In this document: one piece after another, positions 21,896-34,759 of the stretch
How the letters are laid out: the number at the start of each line of letters is the position of its first letter
Position numbering within the stretch: the first letter of the stretch is position 1
Assembly (NCBI GenBank): GCA_904063045.1
Contig: CAJFCJ010000006.1
Span: 1,527,601-1,591,600 of the forward strand
Reading direction: 5' to 3'
Source: Dimorphilus gyrociliatus
Lineage: Eukaryota; Animalia; Annelida
DNA length: 64,000 bases
Program-made: the position numbers and the translations under genes
Notes under the pieces: generated by a model
What the model was told of the DNA's origin: nothing
Database searches by the model: none
What the model saw: only the letters and a program-made list of their open reading frames with translations

Positions 21896-24800
21896 CTGAA
21901 ATTATTTACGTAAACACAAAATTGTTTGTTTAGTTTTTGAAATATAATAAAAAAACTAACTAAGCGTGCAGTAGAGAGATCAAGAGGAAACCGTTTGGCA
22001 GACAACGGCGAATAAGACGCCATACACGACAGCGATTAGTGGTACAATCCAACATGCAGAGATCTGCGTTAATTTAGTACAAAATTGAAAAAGAGCTAAA
22101 ACGTGCTAAGAATAAAATGCGGCCACAGAGAAACACTGCTGAAATAATAAGCATTTTCCCTTTGAACTGTTAGTAACCCTTTATTTCAAGCCCCCATTCC
22201 ATTATACGTTTTGTAAAACAAGCCACTGGAATTTCCAAAGTGGTTAGCTGTTCTGCTTAAATGCTCTAATAGCTTGTGCTAAAAGGCTAACTTTTTTGAA
22301 CATTCTAACTCTTCAATAACAATAATTACACTTTTTGTTCTATAATTGCAGTGTTCTTGAGCAATGTTTGTCTATGGCATTTTTCAGTGAAAAGTAATAA
22401 TATTTTTCAATGAATGCTTGTAAATGTAAGCTTTTTTTTCTAAACAATCAGATATAATAAAATAGTAATTTATATATCAAATATGTAATGATCATTCTTT
22501 TTCAATTTCTGTCTGTGGTTTGATCCTTCAATAAAGACTTTACGTTTGATTTTTTTTTATTGATAAAACATTTCAAGTTTTATCTACAAATCCATGAAAA
22601 ATTTGTTACTTTTTTTGTGTGATAATAGAAAAAAATATATAAATTTTTGGAGTAAAAACAGAAAAGAAAATTTTTGGTGTCTACAACTGAAATATTTAGT
22701 AGTGATTTATTTGACATTCTCAAGGCACCGACATTTATGTCGCGTTATTTTTTTGTTCAAAAATGTACTGAAAACAATCGCTAATCTAACACTACGTACA
22801 TTGATAAATAGCTAAAAGCGATATATTTCAGACATTTCATATAAATATATGTCTCAACTCCATTGTAAACAGAGTGCAACTAATATAACTTTTCTATGTT
22901 ATTGATTGCAAACTAGATAGCTCTATACTGAATAATTGTTTACAAAAGTGGAGGCATACCAAAAATAAATAAATTTGAAAAATAGCTAGAATTAGTTCTA
23001 ACTTTTTGGTGTAAAAAAAGTACTGAAAATTTAACGTACTATCTCGCAAAGAAAATTTTTTCTTTTACAGTTTAAAGACTTATCATTTTTACCGCCATCT
23101 GGTGGCTTAAGATATCCCGTTGATAACCTTAAATTACCTATAAAGCACTTAATAATAAATGAGATTGAAATAAGAAAACAACAAATAGAAAGCTAAGCCT
23201 TGCTTTAAGCCTGGTTTTTAACCTGAGGAGACTTAGACAAAGTCTTTAAAGGAAAGAAATGTTGGTGCCTTGTTTGAAATAGAGACTGATTGACTACACT
23301 CATTCAATATATAAACTCACCACTTTACTTCTGTAGGATAATTCTTTAAAACCAACGTCAATTTCTCTTAGCTCTTCTTTGGTCTCTTCATACTAAAAAA
23401 GGTTCATTTATACTTAATAATAAGCACGTGAACTAACCAAATAGAATTGCACATTAATTTTCTTATTAAGATAATAAAATAATAAAAATTGTAAATCATT
23501 TAAATTAAAAATTTCAATAAAACTGTAAAATATTAGTATTTTTTACCGATATTTCAACTGATTTCAATCTAGCTATTTCATCTTCAGCTTTTCTTAGCCT
23601 CTTTTTCAGTTCAAAATTATCCTTGACATCTGAATTCAATTCTTGGTACTTTTTTAATTGTTCCTCAGTTTTTTGAAGTTCGCCTATAAAAATTATGAAG
23701 TGGTAAAATTGTTGTTAATTTATCAACCATTAGAGGAAACTTAATTAAGGAGGAAAAAAAATTAAGCGGAAAAAATTTGGAAAAACTTACTCTAGACAAA
23801 AGTCAGAAACTTAATATAGAACAAAAACGTTTAAAGTTGATTTTGTTCATGCGTCCAATTATTATGTGAACAGGCTAAGCAAAATGTTCTCACAACGTCG
23901 AATTTTTTTTTGTTTTTTTTTGATTTTGTTACTTTGTTTTTTTTTTTTACATCACCTGCGACTAAGTGCAAAACTAACGAAAACGAAACTTTTCGAGAGT
24001 AAAAAAAACAACAGCAATAATGTATTTTTTTTTCTGTAAATATAAACGAGATAATTACTCGTCACAGGTGAAGTAATGTATAATATTGGTTAAATGAGGA
24101 GGGGAGGATAATCGTTAATCAAGCGGGTTATGAAATAAATAAAAACCAAGCATACAGCACTTCACCTGTTCACATTTCAAGATAACTTTAAAAATATGAA
24201 TGAAAGAACGCATGGACTTTAACTTTAAAGGCCTACTTATTTACTTTTCCTACTGGAGTCCCTCCTCTCTTATACCCATTGAGCAGTTATACAAATACTC
24301 TGTCAACTTAATGGTTAAGTAGAGTTCAAACAACAAAATCAATTCATCTTACAAACGATAATTAATAGAATTTAAGAAAAAGGCTGATGAATTTTTTAAT
24401 TTTTTCAAAAGGAAAATCAGTAGTCCATGCATTCACTCCTCAATTTTCAACATGCACAAAAAAAATAAAGGCTTTTAATGAAAAAAAAAATCATCAAGTT
24501 TTTTTTTCAGCACGCACAGATGGCTGGAAAAAGTTCTAATACAAAGTTTTTTTTAATCTATACTAAAAAGTCTTGGACAAGAAATATTTTTCTGATGTGT
24601 AAAGTTAAAAAAGACCAAATGATAAACAACAAATAAAAAAATGGTCATGCGTGCCAAACAAGTTCAGCATTAAGGCAAATACGGTACACTTGTGACTCAC
24701 TTCGAAGTTTCTGATTTTCAAGCATATTTCGTTTAGCATCTGCCTCTTCCGCTAATAGCCTCTCTGAAAATGGATTACATTTTTATTTTTATGCATGTTT

Positions 24801-27800
24801 AGCATTTCCCTTTGACTTTTGATCCTAAATTGATTTACCTTGAAGAGATATAATTTGAGGTTTAACTTCGTTAGTTAAATTTTCAGCTTTACGTAATTCA
24901 TCTGCAATTTCAGATATTAGTTTCATATTATGGATATAATTACTTTTTAAAAAGTAAGTACCTTCTAGTATGCATATTTTTTCTGACTTAACTTTGAGTT
25001 CATTCTGACTGCAGTTTAACCTACTCTCTAGTCCGTCAGTCTTATTCTTTAACGCATTTTCTTCAGTTTTAACTCTTTCTAATTCATCTATTGAAAAATA
25101 AACAAGAACATTATACAATACCTATTATTCTTAAATGTATAAAAATTTTAATGCATCTTTTAAAAATAATTTTTAATAATTTTTCAGTCTACGTTAAAAA
25201 AACAATAAAACATGAATTTTAACCAATATTATTTAGCTATTTCTATTAAAGTGTACTAAATTACATTTATATTGCATTATCAAAACATCTGTTACACAGG
25301 TTCAAATATCTAGACTTGACTTTATTATTTGCAATCAATAGCATAAACACTAAACCAGTAACACCTTTCTTTTAGCTTCTTAATACAAATCTCTTGTGAT
25401 AAGGGTTTGCAAACTAAAATTAATTATAGTATAAGTTTATACCGTTTCTGAAGCTGTCTAAACTCCTAAATCCGATTGAGTGTAATAGATTGTAATTTCC
25501 TTTACAAATATCAATACATATTCATTTATAAAAATAATATACAATGCTTATAAAGAGATAATCCTTCACTAAAAAAAATAACTATTCAAACAATTTAATC
25601 GCTTCTTATTATGCAAAATTAAGCTGAACTAACATTCTTACTTGAAAAAGTCAAAATACTTCAAGCTACTTTTCTATTGAAATTATGCAGTCAAACCTCT
25701 CTTAATATAGGTACAACAAGAGCAACAGCTTTCAAAACCGTGTGCTCCACAATATAATTTTTCGTCACAATTGTAAGATGTCTCCTCCAAAACATTATGT
25801 GAGGAATCGTAAAGATCAGTTATTGTTTTATCTTCAACCGAATAGTAATCAGTTCCAAAATTGAAATTATTAAAGTTCATTTCTAAGTCGTTCCATTCTT
25901 GACGTAGTTCCTTTACAATATATCCAAACATGTTTATATTATGGCTAGTTTCACTACAGGCTCATAGAAAGCCCAAAACTGGGGCGCTCAGAGGCGACTG
26001 TTGAATCGATAAGCGACTTGCACGCCGTCTATTACAAGTAACTAATGACAAGAATTCTTAAGCACAGAATACTTTTAGTGAAAGGAATTATTCTATTTCT
26101 TACACATTCTATTTTTTACAGTTCCGCTAAACCATTTCAATATGTTTTCAAAAAATTCAATTGGGTCTACTATTCATTATTCCCAGGACTAATTAAATAT
26201 TTTCGCCCTAATTTACTTGAAATCAATAACTGGTTACAATTAGAATCGCAAATTCCCAATAAATTAGTTTGGGATCTAAGTCGTTACTTAATGACGGCTT
26301 AAGAAAAATTTAACGCGTTTGTTTTGTAGAAAAATACAATTGAACGGAAAATTAAAATTATAGGGTTTTACTGAACTGTATACGACCATTTGTCTATTAT
26401 GTTCAAAAGCTTACGTATTGAAAAGCAATAAAATGTATTTTTAGCTAAAAAATTTCTAAAAAAGTAAATCGATAGAAAAGTCATACCTTTTAAAACGTTG
26501 ATATGATCCTCATATTTCATTCTAGCTTCCTCCGTATGTTGAAGCTGCTCTTTTAAAGATGAAACTTCTTGTTGAAGATCATTAATACTGGATAGTGACG
26601 TTTGCAAATGAGTTGCTATTGATGATATGGGGGTATTACTATTGGCCAAGTCTGGAAGGGAATTTCGAATTTGATCTAAATCTTCTTCTAATTCCCTTAC
26701 ACGACTCTGCAGAGTCTCACTTAAACTCTGCCTATCTTGATCTTGCATTTGGGATTCTTCCAGCTTATCTGTAGAATTTACAGCATTAGATTATTCCATT
26801 TGATACTCTTCAACTTACGTTTCAGTTCTTCACAAGCATTTTCAACCATTTCATTCATTCTCGTGTCAGCAAGACGCAAGTTTTCTGTTAACCGAATTTA
26901 GAAAAGCAAATATTTTAATTTAAAAAACAAAAATGTAAAAGTAACCTGTCAGAGTGTTTATCTGTGCGGCAGATTCGATCGCTTCAACTTCAGCTCTTTC
27001 AAGTTTTAGAGTCAGTTTTTCTACATCATCCCGACTAGCTCTTAACTTTTCTTCCGTGTCTTCAAGACGTTGTTTATAAAATTCAATTTCTTCTTTCGTC
27101 TTTTCCAAATTCGCTTGAAGCTCTAAAACTTGGCAATCATCTAAAATGGTTATGTCAGAAGAACAAGTTGATATGGCATCCAAAGCTTCCTGTAACTCTA
27201 CTTCAGATTCTAAAACTCCATCCTGTTCAGTGACAATATCACTACCAATAAGCGCCACCTGTCGAGTATTGTTACATTAAAAGATTGCACAACTATATGT
27301 ACAAAAAATTTAATAACCTGAACTTCTACTGTTGATTTAGTGGGAGATCTACGAACTGGGCATTCATCTGGCATATTATCCACATCGAGTTCCATATCGT
27401 CCTCAGATGTCGTATTCTTAATAAGATCGGGGGGAGAGGAATCATTTTGCAATTCAGCTTTACCTTTATAATCTAATTTTGCTCTTACAGCAGTCAGCTG
27501 TTGGGATGTAAAATCTTTATCGGCTTGCAGTTCTTCCATTTTAGCTGTAATGGCATCTTCACGTCTGATCATCTCCTCAATTCTTTCTTCATATTCGGTT
27601 CTTTCCCGTTCTGTTTGCTCTACCAGATCGGCGTGCCTTTTTTCGGCTTCTCGTAATTCTTCTTGTAAACTCTGAACTTCTTTCATTTGTTCATCATGCT
27701 TTTCGGCTAATTCACTTAACTCTCTCTGTGAATTTTCGCAAGCCTCCCTGAGTTGTGAACATTCCTGTTTGTAATAAATATTTTCTATATAAATCGTGCT

Positions 27801-30305
27801 CAACTGATGTCTTATACTGTTACATACCACGCAATGTAATACTATGAATAAATATTATTTCAGGGAAAAATCAAGAAGATAAAAGACTGTAAACTAACCT
27901 GTTCAGCTACAGCTAGAGATTTCTCGAGATCAACCAATTTACGAACTGCTTCCAATTTTTCCTCCATTATTGTTTTTAACGATTCCTTTGTCGTACTTTC
28001 ATACTCTTGCTGTTGTCGATGTAGTTCATCAATTTTAGCTCTTAGTGTTGAATTTTCATCATCTCCATTTGCACTCTCGCTATCGTCCAAGGAGGCGATG
28101 CGTTTTTCCAGTAAAGCTACACGTGACAACAGCCTATCCTCTGTTATGAGAGAACTCCAGCCATTGTCAGCTGACTCAGATATTCGACTGACAAGCCTTT
28201 GGAGGGCAGCCAATTTACTTTCAAGCAAAGCCTCCCTTTGAAGAGCCTCTTGTAGGAACTGATGTAACTGATAAAGTTCCTGAACTTGAATATTACTAGT
28301 TGCTGCAATACTTTTATTGTCGTCACTGTAAAATAAGAAAGATATTTTACAAAAAATATTACAAATATAAAACTAGGAAATTTTTGTAATTTTTTTGTAG
28401 GAATAAATTAGAGTATACAAATAGAAGTAGTTTTATTCTAAAGACTACCCCCCTTTTACTCAAATTATATTAGGGAGTTTGATTATTTTCTTTGCAGGCG
28501 GGGAATTTGTTTATTCGTTTAACGTCAATCTAACCATGATATGTGAGATATATATATTTAACAATTGGATTTAGTTTTTTAAAAAAAGTACTCTTCGTAA
28601 TCAATAACTAAGCCAATAGTGGAAAATTACAAAAGAAGACCATTTAGTTTTCTCAAGTTTCATTTACTTTATTGATATTGAATACACTTTGCAAATAATA
28701 TACAAAGCGAACTAAACCAGAAAGATATTATTGAATGTTATTGTTTCTATTATTTTATATTTTGATTTTTGGCAGCGATCTTTATGATTTTTATAGAATC
28801 ATTGGAGACAGAAATGACTATGAATATTTTATATAGTTACTCAAGGGCTTTTATTAGTCTTTAGAATAAGAAACTACTTTCGGCTTTCAATTTCAAGTTA
28901 ATATAGCAGAAAGGTTATACTTTCTGATTTATTCTCGCAGAAATACCACTGTCAATGAAAATGCTTCTATTTACGACAAATCTATCTTTAATGTTTGATA
29001 AGCCGCATGCAACATGGATTACAATAGTTCGCATTTAAAGTACATTAATCTAATTATGTTAACCTTTGTGACAGAGGTCTTATAACTACTGATTTTTTTT
29101 GCCTATTAGAAACAATCACAGGGAAATTTTTCAATAAAATCTTATTACGATAGATCTAAATGGATTTTTTTTAGTAGGTTAATCTACTACAAATAAAAAT
29201 ACACGATTAAGGCAAACCAGAGCAAACATGAATATGTATGAATAATGCACTAAATCTTGAAATGGTTTTTTTTAGTTTGTATAAAAATATAAAAGTGAGA
29301 AATTTTAAAAGTAAAGAGCTGTAGAATAATATAAAATGTTTGCTTTTTGGGCTGCATTTGTATATATAACCCAAAAAAAAGCTTAGAGAAATCAAAAACT
29401 TTAAATTAATCGTCGCAGCTGAAGCTACGTGACTGATTTTTTAAGTTTTTCTAAAGGGATTATTCAATGTTAACTAGATAATTGAAAGGTTATAAAATAG
29501 AACTATCGAACTTTTATAATAATGCATCATCAGGCGATACTGAAATATTTTTATAAATGGCACGCTGCATATAAAAGATATAACAAAGGTCTTTTAGCAA
29601 AAAGTTCTACAACTCAAAATAAATCTAGCTCTTGCTAAACACTTTTAGCGTTCGATAAGGAGTAATAACTGTTCTAAATTGAGATACTCCAGAAAGGTCA
29701 ATCAGTACTATGTTACCCAAATTTTATATATACTCCTACGCAAATTCATCGTGTAAACAATGGCAAATAGATTCCATAAATACTGACTCGCTAATTTGAT
29801 TGGGACAAAAATCTAGTTCAAATTGATTGAGAATTCTGTTATTCGCACAAGTATCCAAAACTGCCTGAAATATGTTTTTATCTAAAAACAAAATAAAAAC
29901 TTACATAGGCTTTGCTTCGGTTCCATCCGGATGAAATAACTGAACTGAGGCTATAATACAGCTATGAGTCACACGTTTTGAGTTCTCCATAACATCCACT
30001 CCAAACTGTAATATATCTCCAGAGTGTATTTCGTAAGGCAAGCTTTCCTCAGAGCCTTTACTGAGTCTATGACTGTTGACAAAAGTTCCATTGCTGCTCT
30101 TCGTGTCTTGCAAGTAGAATTTATTGTTTTCATACCAAAGCAGAGCATGATTCCTTGACAAGACTTTACAGTCATATATGGCATTGTTCTCTGAGGGACG
30201 AGCTCGTGCAACAGCTCTGCCAATTTTTGTTGGTTCATTTAATGTAATTTGTCTTTCCTGAAAAGGATGACTATTTGGTCTTGAGGTCAAAATCGCAATC
30301 CCCAT
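21788..30305 (-). CDS. SLMAP: Sarcolemmal membrane-associated protein (FHA + coiled coil + C-terminal tail anchor), 826/834 aa
   Basis: Exons 29905-30305, 27899-28325, 27318-27764, 26946-27258, 26819-26884, 26487-26768, 24962-25087, 24839-24901, 24701-24763, 23547-23683, 23321-23392, then 21980-22063 or 21788-21895; in frame. FHA motifs [23 protein letters not shown]; SLMAP-specific QELYQL..FLQEAL.RE..LE.KLA.LQRL and EDRLLSR. Confidence 0.93.
21980..22063 (-). CDS. SLMAP alternative terminal exon TM-A ([27 protein letters not shown])
   Basis: ttaacgcag| acceptor, phase 0, about 20 hydrophobic residues then TGA. Confidence 0.75.
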   Translation of the reverse strand: MSACWIVPLIAVVYGVLFAVVCQTVSS

Positions 30306-30587
30306 TTCTTAGTAATTGTTTATTTTTTGATAATCCTGTTATTTTTATAAATTAAGATAAGTTCACAAAACGACTGTTAACTGTATTTCCTCGCTCTATT
30401 CTAAAAACAACCGTCTCCTTTATCCGCCATTTTAACGCGCTGTCACGTGATCATTTTTTCGTATAATAAATTCATGGGTTGAATGTCCAAACGCAGTTAT
30501 TTAGTTTTCTCATTTTATTCATACATTTTTGAATAAGATTTTTGAAAGATTATTCTTGCGAAAATGGACAAAAAAAGATAAACAAAT
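30306..30587. promoter_or_regulatory. Bidirectional promoter SLMAP/DENND6
   Basis: Head-to-head ATGs 282 bp apart; YY1-like CCGCCATTTT (30424-30433) and E-box/CLEAR-like GTCACGTGA (30442-30450). Confidence 0.7.
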
Positions 30588-33500
30588 ATGGCGACTAGCG
30601 GGTTAAACGAGATTCGAACAAACGAGAATATCTCCATGGATAAAAGCAATTCGAGTGTTTCTTCCACAATATTACCATGGGATAGGTTTTCGAACTGGGT
30701 CTACTGTGTTTGCTCGGTAACATTTGACCTAGAATTGGGACAGGCAATGGAGGTAATAGCGTTGATATGATTAAAGTTCTTTTTTGAAACAGCCATTTAA
30801 TTAAGAATCTGGCATCTCTTAATGAGAATATGCTAACTTGGACTTAAATTACATTTAGCATAAGATCATAAGTGTAACATAAGTCAAAGTAATATAGAAT
30901 ATATTTTGCTTACGTGTGACCCCTTTTAAAAACGTGTTGGTATAATGATTTCTTGAAGAACAACGAGTTTTTATACAGACTTCCATTAGGTTTTATTAGT
31001 TTAACAAATAAATTTATAAGAAGTAATACACAATTATGAATTTTTTTTATTTTACAAAACAATCGTTTAGTTTAAAAATTAATGAACCATATGATTGATA
31101 AGAGATTCTTGATGATTTTCAGTATTTACCAATGATATTGTTTTTTTAAGTAGTATGTAATCAATGTAAGTTATTTAGGCAATTCAACAAATTAAAGAAC
31201 AATAAAAAAATTTTTAGTTCTATAACTAATCAAATATTTTACACAGATGATTTATCCTGCACATGTAAAATTGACGGAACGCGAGGTAAGTTTATAAAGA
31301 TATTACTATTTTTTATGTAATTCTAGTATTAACGAATATAATAGCTTTGAAATTATTTGTAGAAACTTAATATTTGCTATTTGTCTTTTCCTGATTCGAA
31401 TTCGGGTTGTATGGGAGATACTCAATTCCATTTTCGAATTCGACAATGCCCTGGAAAAAAAAGCCATTTTCCCGCTCAATTCAATTATAATAAGGACTGC
31501 CCTGCAAGTTTACAAGTACGTAAAAAAAGCTAATTTATTACATAATATTTTGATTAAACTCACTCTGTTTTATAACTTTTGATAACAATTGATTAATAGA
31601 TTTGATAACTTCTAGGTATTATTACTTTTATAACTCTATCATAAAAAGTAGTTCATTTGTGCCCTTTATTTGTTTTTTACCAAAATAGAATAATTATCAA
31701 TTTTATTTATATTTATAATAACCTTAGTTAAATAGAATAAGTGTCTCTTTGCATATTTGAAAATTCTCTTTTCTTCAATTTAAAAATACGGAATCATTAT
31801 TCTAATAGATGTAATATAAAATTGAAGAAAATTCAAATGAAGAAAAATAAGCTGATGATCGATACAATGAATATAATTTATAAATAGTATTTTTTTACTA
31901 AACAACGTTTTCTATATACTGTAGAATCCTTATTTAATTTTGCAATCTTTAATTATTTAATTATTCCAAATAATAGAACAAGATATATTTGAAGGTCTAT
32001 ATAAACAATATTCTATATTATTTCCATTTTATCCTATAGGCTTTTTCAATACATTATAATAATTAAATAAAATCGTTTAATTAAGTATAAATGTTACTTT
32101 AGATCACTTACAGAAGAGCTATTCATATCCATTGAAAATTTATATCTTATCAACAGTAATATTAAAAATGTTAACATTTGAATGATGGTTTTGAACTTCT
32201 TTAAGTATAAATTTCATATGTAAGCATTCTTAACGCCTTCCTATTTCATTACTTTAATATTAAGTATATGACTGTCTTTCTTAATGATTTTCATGTGTAT
32301 TTGTTTCTTCTTAAAATATTAAAATAAATTATTGTAAAAATTAACTAATAAAACTTTCTCTTTCTGCCCATTTTTTATAGAGTGATGCGGGCTATTGGTT
32401 CGGTTTCGTTTACTTTCGCCAAACAAGAGATCCTTCTCAAAAAAGAGGATATTTTCAGAAATCTGTTGTTCTTATTACTCGTTTACCTTTTACACAATTC
32501 TTTTCGCATGTGCTCTCAATAGTAGCTAACGAATTTTTTGAGAATGGAGAATTAAGTCTTGAAGCCGGTTAGTATATTATAAAGCAACCATGCCAATGAA
32601 TATTAAAGTTAATTTTTGATCATGAATAACTAGCTTGCCATGATATTGACCAATGGCCTGAACCTATCCCAGGACAAAATGTACAATTACCACTTGTCGG
32701 TTCTGTCCTACAAGTTTGTATACCTAGTCGATTGGATCAAATGATAATATCTCCCTTAAAAATAGGCGATTCTGTAAGTAAATCACGATTAATCGAGATA
32801 CAAAATAATTTTCAACTCATTAACTATAGAATCATTCATTGGGACAAGAAATTTATCCTTCAATTCACGAAATCGACATATTCTCACCACTTCAAACTGT
32901 TCTTAACAATGTACAACTATTGTGGGAACTTGTTTTAACTGCAGAGCCAGTTGTTGCAATGGCTTCTTCCCCTAGTTTTTGCGCTAATGCAGTTCAATCC
33001 CTAGTCAGGTTAGTAGTCAGAAAGTTTGAAATAAGATGTGCCTAATCATTTTCTATTATTGATTTCCACAGTATGATTTGGCCACTAAAATATTGTTCGG
33101 ACTATAGACCTTATTTTACCATTCACGATTCTGAGTTTAAGGAATATACAACCAAAACTCGACTTCCGTTAGTATTATAATTAAATTTCTCTCACTTGAA
33201 ATTAAAATTGTTAAATTGTGCTAAAACAGTCCATCAGTTATTTTAGGAGTTACTAATCCATTTTTCTCTAAAACTCTTCAACACTGGCCTCACATTATTC
33301 GTATAGACGATAATCTAGGAAGTAAGCTTTTAATCATTAAATTACGTGTTTTAATACCAAAGTATTTCCCTAAATGATTCGTTTTCATTATTTACACAGC
33401 GAGTGAGAAGTCTCTATCAAAAATGAAGAAAGCTTTCAATCCTAAAGCCTTAGATACCAAACCAGGAGTCTATACAGAATACAAACCGTTCCTTCAGAAA

Positions 33501-34097
33501 GATAAACAAATTCTTAAGAGATTCGTTAAGGGAGTGGAAACCAAGAGGCCTTTAGAAGTTCAGAATACAATTTTAAAACGTTATCTTATGGAGCTAACCC
33601 AAAGTTTTATGATACCTTTGGAACGATATGCAGCTAGTTTAATGCCTTTCCTAAAAAACATATCACCATTTAAGAGTGTGCCTACTCTAAAACCATTTGT
33701 CTTAAGTGACATGCTAGCTAGTGTGGAACGATCAGGTCCTCAACTAACGTGCGGAGTCAAAGGCGATTGGTTGGGTCTTTATAAAAAGTTTGTGCGAACT
33801 ATTAACTTCGAGGGGTGGTGGAGATATAGGCAAACCGAAATGAATAGAAAATTGCAAGCTCTACACTTTGAAGCCTTAGCAGATGCTGATTTAATATTAT
33901 GGATAAGAAATAAGCCGGAAGTAGAAGTTGTGGATATTATTTTAAGACTTAGGGACAAGCTTAGTTTGGCTCGACGAAAAATAATACCTGTCTCTGAAAA
34001 TTCAATAAGAAAAGTTAATATTCAACTGGAGTCAATTATAAACTGCGTTCCAGACGATTTAAAATCCGTTTTAATGAGTAATAACCGCCAAAGATGA
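30588..34097 (+). CDS. DENND6: DENN domain protein 6 (FAM116 family Rab GEF), about 582 aa
   Basis: Exons 30588-30752, 31247-31285, 31363-31515, 32381-32567, 32634-32773, 32830-33008, 33072-33167, 33230-33321, 33400-34097 (1749 nt, in frame). Motifs [79 protein letters not shown]. Confidence 0.93.
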
Positions 34098-34759
34098 CGG
34101 CTATATATTATTTTAGAATTTATCAAGAAAGCAAAAAGAAAGTTAACTTTGTTTAAAAAAGATATTGCTTAATTCGAATATTTTGCCATATTTGGAATTG
34201 AAACGAAAAAGAACTACTAGGGAAATTTACGCATGTCAAAGTTCTCTATGACGAGAAATTTTTTTGTTGTTGTCATTGTAAAGTGAAACAATATATAGAA
34301 AAGAGCTCTCTCTCCTTGTTCTATACAAAAACCAAAAAAAAGTAAACAGAAATGCAAAGAAGAAAAAAAAAGAAGAATAATCTTTTAGTTAGATATAGCA
34401 AATACTTTTTTTTCTAAAAAAAAATCAGTATTATTTCAACGCTTTTGCGGGGTATTTTAAAGGTAATTTGCTTTTTATCGATTAATTATAGTTCATAGCC
34501 TTTATTTAATCTTAGTAATTTATACAAAAAAAAACATGAAATATGGAACATTTAATCTCTTTTATAATTATAGAAATGGCAATTAGATTATAAGGCGAAA
34601 TGGAAGAAAGAGTTTGCATATATATCTATATATAAATCTTTTAAAAAATGAATTTATCAAATATTGTGAATCTATGAAGTGTCCTTATCGGAATGTGTAT
34701 ATATTTAAGTGTGAAAAAGTTATATTATCTTGTGTTAAGATACTTTATATCTGATATTT

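Noticed and set aside
22074-22166. Third hydrophobic SLMAP tail candidate ([23 protein letters not shown]...)
   Set aside because: Charged residues interrupt the helix; T-rich intron sequence translates hydrophobic by default.
25940-26050. GC-richer intronic stretch considered as snoRNA/snRNA
   Set aside because: No box C/D or H/ACA arrangement recognised; better explained as coding-like (see finding).
29580-29880. Coding-like fragments in SLMAP intron 1 ([16 protein letters not shown]), vaguely caspase-like
   Set aside because: Multiple stops and similarity too weak to support a call.
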